The translations under genes and the position numbers were made by a program. Positions 19,282-25,412 of a stretch of DNA of 25,412 nt are shown here, in pieces. Every line of letters starts with the position of its first letter. Position 1 is the first letter of the stretch. Under the pieces are notes generated by a model, which worked only from the letters and a program-made list of their open reading frames with translations, did not search any database and had not been told where the DNA came from. This DNA is from a virus (taxonomy: Duplodnaviria > Caudoviricetes), in the IMG/VR virus record IMGVR_UViG_3300017722_004908, positions 1 to 25,412 of that record; one strand, 5' to 3'.

Positions 19282-19761
19282 ATGAAATTGTCAAGAGATG
19301 ATCTCAAAAATATTGTAAAAGAGTGTCTAGTTGAGATCCTTTCTGAAGGTCTTGTAGGAGCTTCTCAACAGATTAATGAGAGACGTACTTACGAATCTCA
19401 TGAAAAAGTGCCTACAAAGCAGCAGAGCTATCAAAATCCTAGAGCAGCAGTCGCAGACAAGATCAGCTTTCTTCCAAAAGCACAAAATGCTCCAAAGCAA
19501 GAGAGTCCAAAAGTCAATAAAAGTGCCATCAAGGCTGCGACATCTGATCCTCTCCTTCAAGAGATGCTTGCAGATACGGCGCTTCGTGGGACACCTATTG
19601 TTGAAGATTCTCGTCGTGGCCCAACACATGAAGTAATGATAGCATCACAAGGAGATGCTGCAGCAAAAGCAATGCTTAGAAGTGATCCTGAGGACGTTTT
19701 TGGAGATTCGGCTTCTAAGTGGGCAGTTCTTGCATTTTCTGAGAAAAAGATCAGTGCATGA
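19282..19761 (+). CDS. Hypothetical protein, probable prohead core/internal protein
   Basis: 159 aa. N-terminus 'MKLSRDDLKNIVKECLVEILSEG' with (L/I)xE sites (LVE, LSE, INE). ATAATTA lies upstream at 19263-19269. Confidence 0.65.
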   Translation: MKLSRDDLKNIVKECLVEILSEGLVGASQQINERRTYESHEKVPTKQQSYQNPRAAVADKISFLPKAQNAPKQESPKVNKSAIKAATSDPLLQEMLADTALRGTPIVEDSRRGPTHEVMIASQGDAAAKAMLRSDPEDVFGDSASKWAVLAFSEKKISA

Positions 19762-19779
19762 TGTCTTTTTAATAGATCG

Positions 19780-19788
19780 AAATAATTA
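19780..19788 (+). promoter_or_regulatory. Putative late-promoter motif AAATAATTA
   Basis: Intergenic third copy of the 9-mer, followed by SD AGGAG (19806-19810) and ATG 19818. Confidence 0.55.
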
Positions 19789-19817
19789 TAGTTTGACCCC
19801 CTAGTAGGAGATTTCAC

Positions 19818-20120
19818 ATGCCAACTGTTAAACTTACACCAGCTCTCCTGAAGAGAATGGTTCTTGAAGAGAAGAAGAAGATCGAGTCCAAGCACGCAAT
19901 GGAAAAGAAGGCTCTAAAAGACATGGACATGGACATGGACGAGGCTGATTTTGCCTCTGGCGATGTCGTCAAGGCTCAAAAGCCACCCAAGGGCCACGGA
20001 GCTGGCGAGGTCGCACAGTATAAGACACTTAAGAAGCTTGAGGAGAATCTCTCACGCAAGCTTGCAGAAGTTCGCGACACGAGACTTCGTCTTCGTAGCA
20101 GAATTCTAGCTTCACGATAA
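19818..20120 (+). CDS. Small charged protein, probable head-internal protein
   Basis: 100 aa with a strong SD. N-terminus 'MPTVKLTPALLKRMVLEEKKKIES' and a basic coiled-coil-like C-terminus. Confidence 0.7.
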   Translation: MPTVKLTPALLKRMVLEEKKKIESKHAMEKKALKDMDMDMDEADFASGDVVKAQKPPKGHGAGEVAQYKTLKKLEENLSRKLAEVRDTRLRLRSRILASR

Positions 20121-20149
20121 GTAATGCACTAATGTGTTAGGAGGTTTAT

Positions 20150-20704
20150 ATGTCATCAATGAAAACTGCAACTGTTGAACCCGATGGTGGCGCTCGCACC
20201 ACTGGAGGCCTTGGGAGCAGGAATGACACTAACCTCAAGGCAATTTTTTCTGCATCACCTCTATACAGTGAGTATGGCGTCACAGCTGTTGCCAATGCAG
20301 GTCTATCAGCGCTAAATGGTGCAGGTGGGCCTGGTGACAGTATACCCAATATTGGGATCGCAAGTGGACAAATCAATGATTCTACAGCATACTATGGATT
20401 CCCTACAGCTGTGGATTTGAATTACACCGGCGCTCCAAATATTGAAACTGAAGTTGCCACAGGAGGTGAAGGATTACCTGCATCTCCTTACGTTCCTAAT
20501 CTTTCATCAACGCCAAATCCGAACGATCCACTGTCGCAGCCTGCCTATACGGGCGATCTGCCTACAAGAAGCGTTCAATACGGCTCAGGAATAGGCTCGG
20601 CACTCACTCCAGCTGAGTCATCTGCAGGTATATCAGACCAGACGATCGGATCATACTTATCAGGTAAATCTTACTTAGGAATTGTGGGAGCGTACTCGTC
20701 ATAA
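20150..20704 (+). CDS. G/P/S/A-rich hypothetical protein, putative capsid-associated
   Basis: 184 aa, perfect SD AGGAGG (20139-20144), few charged residues, located in the head module. Confidence 0.65.
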   Translation: MSSMKTATVEPDGGARTTGGLGSRNDTNLKAIFSASPLYSEYGVTAVANAGLSALNGAGGPGDSIPNIGIASGQINDSTAYYGFPTAVDLNYTGAPNIETEVATGGEGLPASPYVPNLSSTPNPNDPLSQPAYTGDLPTRSVQYGSGIGSALTPAESSAGISDQTIGSYLSGKSYLGIVGAYSS

Positions 20705-21267
20705 TGATGAAAGCTGTCCACAATAGACTTGGTGATCCTCACACCGGCGGAGGCTACGGCACCACCAAAGCAAAATCGTCTGGTCTTGATTATAAGACAC
20801 AAGACGTGTACCCATACCATGAAAAGCAAGATGAATTAGAAGATTTTGATCTAGATGATGAGGAACTTTTTGATAAAATAGCAAAAAGAATAGACTTGTC
20901 CAATATTGCAAAGCCTGCTACAACAGGCAGAACTGATCGAGGAACATTTACCAAGATGAGACTTGACTTAATGGAAGATGCAAGTGACACCAAGATCATG
21001 ACAGGCATGGTTCCATTTCCATTCTCATCCTTGTACGAGAAATTTGATGGACCTGCACTTGGCGGTTTTAGCACAAACCAGGCTTACAAAACAGGTCCTG
21101 GAAGAAATAGTTTTGGAACGGTTAGAGGCTGGTCTCAAGCTCCTGATACAAATCCAGTTGGTGATAAACTAACAATGTTTAACATCCATGACATGATTGA
21201 TCCGGGAGTAAGATCTTTAGCAAAATCAAACTTAATGATAAAAATAGCACAGCAAGATTTAGACTAG
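20704..21267 (+). CDS. Hypothetical head-module protein
   Basis: 187 aa, with a TAATG overlap with the previous gene and an acidic patch 'DELEDFDLDDEE'. Confidence 0.65.
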   Translation: MMKAVHNRLGDPHTGGGYGTTKAKSSGLDYKTQDVYPYHEKQDELEDFDLDDEELFDKIAKRIDLSNIAKPATTGRTDRGTFTKMRLDLMEDASDTKIMTGMVPFPFSSLYEKFDGPALGGFSTNQAYKTGPGRNSFGTVRGWSQAPDTNPVGDKLTMFNIHDMIDPGVRSLAKSNLMIKIAQQDLD

Positions 21268-21271
21268 CTGG

Positions 21272-21278
21272 ATATTTA
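21272..21278 (+). promoter_or_regulatory. Putative late-promoter variant ATATTTA
   Basis: One mismatch to the ATAATTA core. It is intergenic, upstream of SD AGGAG and the scaffold ATG at 21299. Confidence 0.4.
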
Positions 21279-21298
21279 ACTGCTGTATAGGAGCTGAA

Positions 21299-22651
21299 AT
21301 GTCGACATCGCTTTTCGAAGAGGCAATTGCAGAAGCAAAACAATTGCGATCTGTTGCCGAACAAAATGCGAAGAATGCCATCATTGAGGCAGTGACTCCT
21401 AAGCTCAAGGAGTTCATTGAAAGACAACTCACTGGTGACACAGACTCGGTCGTCGATGAGTCAAATTTTATTATGTCTTCTCTTGATGAAATGGACGAAG
21501 AAGAAGACAAGCTAATTCATCCCAAGAAGGCGCAAGCTCAACTAGATGAAAGAAGAGACGAAGAGGAAGAAGTAGAACTTAGTGAGTCTGCATTGACATC
21601 GCTTGTGAGCCTCTTGAATTCTAAAAAGATGTCTGATTCTAATGCACTTCGTGAAGCATTTGACATGCTCTCTAAGAATGAGCAAGATGCGCTGATGGGT
21701 ATGGTTAGAGAAACACAAGATGATGTGTATGAAGTAGATCTTGGTAAAATGAAGAAACAAGGCGAGATCTCATCAAAGTTATCAGGAGACAAAAACATGA
21801 GAATGAAAGACGAAGATCTTTATGAGCTCGACCTTGATGAGCTCAACGAAGATAAGATAACAATTGATTTCGGGAAAGACGTCAAATTTGACAGAGAGAA
21901 TCCATACTCTGTTGTAATCGATGATTCTGACGAAGAAGAAGAAGACGTCGAACTCCAACAGCTTGATTCTGAGGAGGACATGGAAGAGCCTGAGGGCGAA
22001 GAAATGTCACCTGAAGAGATGGCAGTTTCGGATGAAGAAGAAGCAGCAGCTGAAGGTATGACTTACGAGATTGATGAGTCAATGCTCCGCCGCGAGCTTC
22101 TAAGGCTACGTGAAGCAAAGTCTGACAAGAGTAAGACCGAGGCTTCTGGTAAGAAGTCACCACACGCAAAAGCAGCTGCCAAGGCTTTTGGTGATGGTGA
22201 ACTTAAGGAAATGGACGAAGTTGTTATAAACAAATTCGCAAAGCTTAAGGAATCACACAGCAATGAGGTCCGCAAGAATCGAGTCCTCCAGCAGCAGCTC
22301 AATGAATACAGGAACGCTGTCGAAACGCTCCGTGAGCAACTCTCAGAACTGAATCTCTTTAATGCTAAACTGCTTTATGTCAATAAGCTAACTCAGCAAA
22401 AAGATGTCACGACATCACAGCGTCGTGCAATTGTTGAAGCTCTTGACGGAGCAAAGAACCTTAGAGAGGCGAAGCTTCTTTACAAGAGCCTGTCTGAATC
22501 ACTAGATAAGAGCAATTCTGCATCTTTGAACGAATCAGCACGCAGGCTCTCACCCGGTCATGCATCAAGGCCAATCACATCAGGTGGATCAAAGCGACTC
22601 GATGAGTCAGTTGCACTTGATCGTTGGTCAGTTCTAGCCGGTCTCAAGTAA
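21299..22651 (+). CDS. Prohead scaffold/core protein (positional and functional analogue of T4 gp22)
   Basis: 450 aa, highly acidic, coiled-coil, directly upstream of the MCP, with many (L/I)xE putative protease sites (LDE, LSE, LRE, LNE, LKE). Confidence 0.78.
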   Translation: MSTSLFEEAIAEAKQLRSVAEQNAKNAIIEAVTPKLKEFIERQLTGDTDSVVDESNFIMSSLDEMDEEEDKLIHPKKAQAQLDERRDEEEEVELSESALTSLVSLLNSKKMSDSNALREAFDMLSKNEQDALMGMVRETQDDVYEVDLGKMKKQGEISSKLSGDKNMRMKDEDLYELDLDELNEDKITIDFGKDVKFDRENPYSVVIDDSDEEEEDVELQQLDSEEDMEEPEGEEMSPEEMAVSDEEEAAAEGMTYEIDESMLRRELLRLREAKSDKSKTEASGKKSPHAKAAAKAFGDGELKEMDEVVINKFAKLKESHSNEVRKNRVLQQQLNEYRNAVETLREQLSELNLFNAKLLYVNKLTQQKDVTTSQRRAIVEALDGAKNLREAKLLYKSLSESLDKSNSASLNESARRLSPGHASRPITSGGSKRLDESVALDRWSVLAGLK

Positions 22652-22668
22652 ACTATCTGGAGTTCAAT

Positions 22669-24600
22669 ATGTCAAGATCATTCTCTCTCAATACGCTCAC
22701 CGAGGGAATCACCGAGCGCAATAACAGCGCCGAGGGTCAGCGCCTCGTTGAGAAGTGGACACGCACAGGCCTCCTCCGCGGCCTCGACGGCGTCAAGCGC
22801 GATAACATGGCTCGCCTCCTCGAGAACCAGGCAGCCCAGGTCCTTCGTGAGTCTAACAGCCTCTCGACAGGCGGTGGCAACCTCGCATCCTCAGGCGACC
22901 TTCGTGGATTCACATCCATCGCCTTCCCCATTGTCCGTCGTGTCTTCGGCGGTCTCGTGGCAAACGAGCTCGTCTCCATCCAGCCCATGAGCCTTCCATC
23001 CGGTCTGCTCTTCTACCTGGATTACACCTACGGCACCAACGTCGGCGGTGACTCATCCATCACGGATGGTTCTTCAACACACGCACAGACCTACACAGCG
23101 GGTCAGTCAATCTACAACCTTCCTACCGGCAAGGGCGTCCAGTCAGGATCTCTTGCAGTTGGCGGTCAGTACGATCTGGTTGGAACATCCTACTCCAAGG
23201 TTCACTCCACCACAGCAATTACGCTTCTTGCTTCTGGCGCATTCCACACAGCAATTGGCGCTAATTCAAACACGATCGTTGCAGGTCAGGCCTGCTTTGC
23301 AACAGGCACAGACGGTCGCTTCCTCCAGTTCGACCCACAGGTCACGAACCTTATTGAGAACAACAGCGCAGGTGCAGGTGCAACCACAGGCGACGGTGCC
23401 TTCTCATTCCTGGTCGTGAGCCTCGGCTCAGGATTCACCAGCTTTGACACGACTCAGGTCAAGGACGTAACTCTCTATTCGGCAGCCGTTGGTAACACCG
23501 GCCTCGGAACAGTCGGTAACACCATACAGGGTGGCACAAACGTCCTTAACGTTCGTCGTCTCAGCCAGCTTGGAACATTTACAGGCGGTGTCTTCACACC
23601 CAATGCTCTTGCAACAACCAGCACTGCAAACGCCGCGCTTCTGCTCGTCGTCTCAGGTACGGTCTCAGCTGCAAGCTCTGTTCCTTCTGGCGCAACCAAG
23701 AACCTTACTGGTTCATTCGCAATAGCTGATACATTCTCAGCTGATGCAACTGGCGGCGACACTCTCGTGATTCCAAGCTTCGAGTCGAACTTCGGAACAA
23801 CGCCCTCACCACTCATCCCCGAGATCGACATCAAGATTGAGTCCATCGCGGTCACCGCGACGACCCGCAAGCTCCGCGCTCGTTGGTCGCCAGAACTCGC
23901 TCAGGACCTCAATGCATACCACTCGCTGGATGCCGAGGTTGAGCTCACACAGATCCTCTCTGAGCAGATCGCTCTCGAGCTCGATCGTGAGATCCTCAAC
24001 GACCTCCTCACCCAGGCAAATGGCGCTAACTACTTCTGGTCACGTTCACCAGGCAAGTTCGTCAACAAGACCAACGGTGCTGAGATCACTCGTGCATCCA
24101 CACTCAACCCCGGCCCGAACTTCACTGGTACGGTCCGCGAGTGGTACGAGACCCTCATCGAGACCGTGATCGACGTGGCTAACGAGATCCACCGCAAGAC
24201 CCTTCGTGGTTCGGCTAACTTCATCGTGGTTTCACCCGATGTCGCCACCGTCCTCGAGGCTTCGGTGCTCTACAAGCCCAACTACAGCCTCGATGGTCAG
24301 GGTCAGGTTGGATCCTCCTTCTCGATCGGTGCTTCACCCATCGGTAGCCTCTCCAACCGCTTCACCGTCTACAAGGATCCTTACTTCCCCCGTAACAAGA
24401 TCCTCGTCGGCTACAAGGGCGGCAGCTACCTCGAGACAGGTTATGTCTACGCTCCTTACGTTCCACTCATCGTGACTCCAACCATCTTCGCTCCCGAAGA
24501 CTTCACCCCACGTAAGGGCGTGATGACCCGCTACGGGAAGAAAATGGTGCGCAGCGACTTTTATGGCACTGTCACGTGTCTCGACATGAATATTATATAG
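22669..24600 (+). CDS. gp23: Major capsid protein (T4 gp23-like)
   Basis: 643 aa from ATG 22669 with SD GGAG. gp23-type motifs: 'LVEKW', 'LLENQ', 'LVSIQPMSLPSGLLFYL', 'TRKLRARWSPELAQDLNAYH', 'YAPYVPL', 'GVMTRYG'. Strong codon bias. Confidence 0.96.
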   Translation: MSRSFSLNTLTEGITERNNSAEGQRLVEKWTRTGLLRGLDGVKRDNMARLLENQAAQVLRESNSLSTGGGNLASSGDLRGFTSIAFPIVRRVFGGLVANELVSIQPMSLPSGLLFYLDYTYGTNVGGDSSITDGSSTHAQTYTAGQSIYNLPTGKGVQSGSLAVGGQYDLVGTSYSKVHSTTAITLLASGAFHTAIGANSNTIVAGQACFATGTDGRFLQFDPQVTNLIENNSAGAGATTGDGAFSFLVVSLGSGFTSFDTTQVKDVTLYSAAVGNTGLGTVGNTIQGGTNVLNVRRLSQLGTFTGGVFTPNALATTSTANAALLLVVSGTVSAASSVPSGATKNLTGSFAIADTFSADATGGDTLVIPSFESNFGTTPSPLIPEIDIKIESIAVTATTRKLRARWSPELAQDLNAYHSLDAEVELTQILSEQIALELDREILNDLLTQANGANYFWSRSPGKFVNKTNGAEITRASTLNPGPNFTGTVREWYETLIETVIDVANEIHRKTLRGSANFIVVSPDVATVLEASVLYKPNYSLDGQGQVGSSFSIGASPIGSLSNRFTVYKDPYFPRNKILVGYKGGSYLETGYVYAPYVPLIVTPTIFAPEDFTPRKGVMTRYGKKMVRSDFYGTVTCLDMNII

Positions 24601-24640
24601 TTGAATGTAATCTAATCTAATCAATTAGATCAACTATATA
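24594..24640. repeat. AT-rich inverted repeat (long hairpin) covering the MCP stop codon
   Basis: TATATAGTTGA (24594-24604) is the exact reverse complement of TCAACTATATA (24630-24640). There is an inner TCTAAT/ATTAGA pair and (TAATC)x3 at 24608-24622. Confidence 0.8.
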
Positions 24641-24676
24641 GGTGGCGCCCCCTAAAAAGGGCGCCACTTTTGTTTT
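24641..24676 (+). terminator. Rho-independent terminator after the MCP
   Basis: Stem GTGGCGCCC (24642-24650) / GGGCGCCAC (24659-24667), 8-nt loop, then TTTTGTTTT. Confidence 0.9.
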
Positions 24677-24691
24677 GTGAGCCATATAACG

Positions 24692-24713
24692 TTCATATTG
24701 ATATGAATATAAT
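24692..24713 (+). promoter_or_regulatory. Palindrome (putative operator) abutting a consensus -10 box
   Basis: TTCATAT-tg-ATATGAA (24692-24707) is immediately followed by TATAAT (24708-24713), which ends 6 nt before ATG 24720. Confidence 0.5.
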
Positions 24714-24719
24714 ATGTGT

Positions 24720-25412
24720 ATGAAGACCTGCAAAATCTGCGACAAGACGTTCACTCGCCTGGCATCTCACGTATCCTCTGCACACGAGATCACATATGAG
24801 TCATACCTTCTCAAGCATGACTTCGGTGGAGTCAATCCAAAGTGTGAATGCGGTTGCGGATTAGATGCGCCCTTTTCAAAATCTCAAGGCATGAGATTTC
24901 TTCGATACATCCATGGACACTCAGCAAGAATTGAAGGTCGCCTAACAGCAGAATCAAAAGCAAAAATTGGGGAGAAGAACAGAGAAAACTTAATTCGCTA
25001 TAGTAGCAAGAATCCAGATAAAACTAAAGCTCAAGCGGAGTTAATGAGGAAACATATCACTCCTGAAATCCGTAAGCGCTCAGCTAAAACAAATGCTGAA
25101 AATTGGCAAAAACCAGAATCATCAGAGAAGAGAAAGCGGCAGACAGAGCACGCCATCAACCTCCTGGAGCAGGGGAAGATCGGGCCGCAGGCACCCTACA
25201 GGACCGAGTGGAAGCTCAACCCATTCACTGGCCAGGAGGAATACATGCACTCATCCTGGGAGACTCGATTCCTCGATGAGTGCATCGAGCGGAGCATTCC
25301 GGTCACCAAGCAGCACGGCATCCGCATCCCATACGTGGACCCGAACGGCATCGAGCGGGTCTACATCCCAGATTTTCTGACGCTTGACAGAAAGACACTG
25401 TACGAGGTGAAA
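24720..25412 (+). CDS. Putative free-standing homing endonuclease: Zn-finger modules + PD-(D/E)xK (TnsA-like) nuclease, 3'-truncated
   Basis: Translated by hand (absent from the ORF track because there is no stop in the window): MKTCKICDKTFTRLASHVSSAH (C2H2), 'PKCECGCG...FLRYIHGH', basic helical linker, then 'MHSSWETRF...IRIPYVDPNGIERVYIPDFLTLDRKTLYEVK'. An alternative ATG is at 24714. Confidence 0.8.
   Translation, partial: MKTCKICDKTFTRLASHVSSAHEITYESYLLKHDFGGVNPKCECGCGLDAPFSKSQGMRFLRYIHGHSARIEGRLTAESKAKIGEKNRENLIRYSSKNPDKTKAQAELMRKHITPEIRKRSAKTNAENWQKPESSEKRKRQTEHAINLLEQGKIGPQAPYRTEWKLNPFTGQEEYMHSSWETRFLDECIERSIPVTKQHGIRIPYVDPNGIERVYIPDFLTLDRKTLYEVK

Noticed and set aside
19920-19940. (GACATG)x3 microrepeat encoding DMDMDMD
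   Set aside because: It is a short in-frame repeat in a low-complexity segment, with no sign of a phase-variation role.
233-22302. Short minus-strand ORFs (60-130 aa) throughout
   Set aside because: All lie mostly or wholly opposite well-supported plus-strand genes and have no recognisable motifs.
22624-22668. Upstream non-ATG start for the MCP in the ORF track
   Set aside because: It overlaps the scaffold gene. ATG 22669 has an SD (GGAG) and a gp23-like N-terminus.
24598-24615. Programmed read-through of the MCP amber stop
   Set aside because: An in-frame TAA follows four codons later, so no meaningful extension would result.
22737-24624. Multiple antisense and alternate-frame ORFs over the MCP
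   Set aside because: They are the expected by-product of strong C-ending codon bias. The translations are S/R/P-rich with no recognisable motifs.
25093-25380. 95-aa ORF in the supplied track
   Set aside because: It is an out-of-frame shadow of the longer 24720->end frame, which carries coherent Zn-finger and PD-(D/E)xK motifs.
1-25412. Stop-codon reassignment, as seen in some large phages
   Set aside because: Genes are full length under the standard code, and TAG, TGA and TAA all end genes at sensible boundaries.
1-25412. CRISPR array, tRNA or rRNA genes
   Set aside because: Intergenic gaps are short (the largest is about 120 nt), and no repeat-spacer pattern or cloverleaf was seen.

Overview
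This window is a compact, all-plus-strand segment of a large T4-like (Caudoviricetes, probably jumbo) bacteriophage genome, read in the standard code. From left to right it holds four blocks. (1) Putative tail/baseplate or other virion structural genes: a 5'-truncated S/T/D-rich ORF, an FN3-like protein, three tail-collar-like proteins and one LamG domain among them. (2) An embedded DNA-processing block: RuvC-like resolvase, DNA primase, a single-ORF Mre11-Rad50 (SbcD-SbcC / gp47-gp46) fusion and a small Zn-finger protein. (3) The head-morphogenesis module: large terminase, portal, prohead protease, several small core-type proteins, scaffold and major capsid protein (MCP). (4) A double hairpin/terminator, then a 3'-truncated Zn-finger + PD-(D/E)xK (TnsA-like) endonuclease ORF that the supplied ORF track missed. 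The most notable signals are the MCP 3' end / hairpin / endonuclease unit, which looks like a homing element with a recoded target; a recurring AAATAATTA putative late promoter; -10 boxes placed for leaderless transcripts; a nested in-frame start in the scaffold gene; and the fused nuclease-ATPase with a non-canonical hook and signature motif. All family calls come from motif recognition by eye, and no searches were run.
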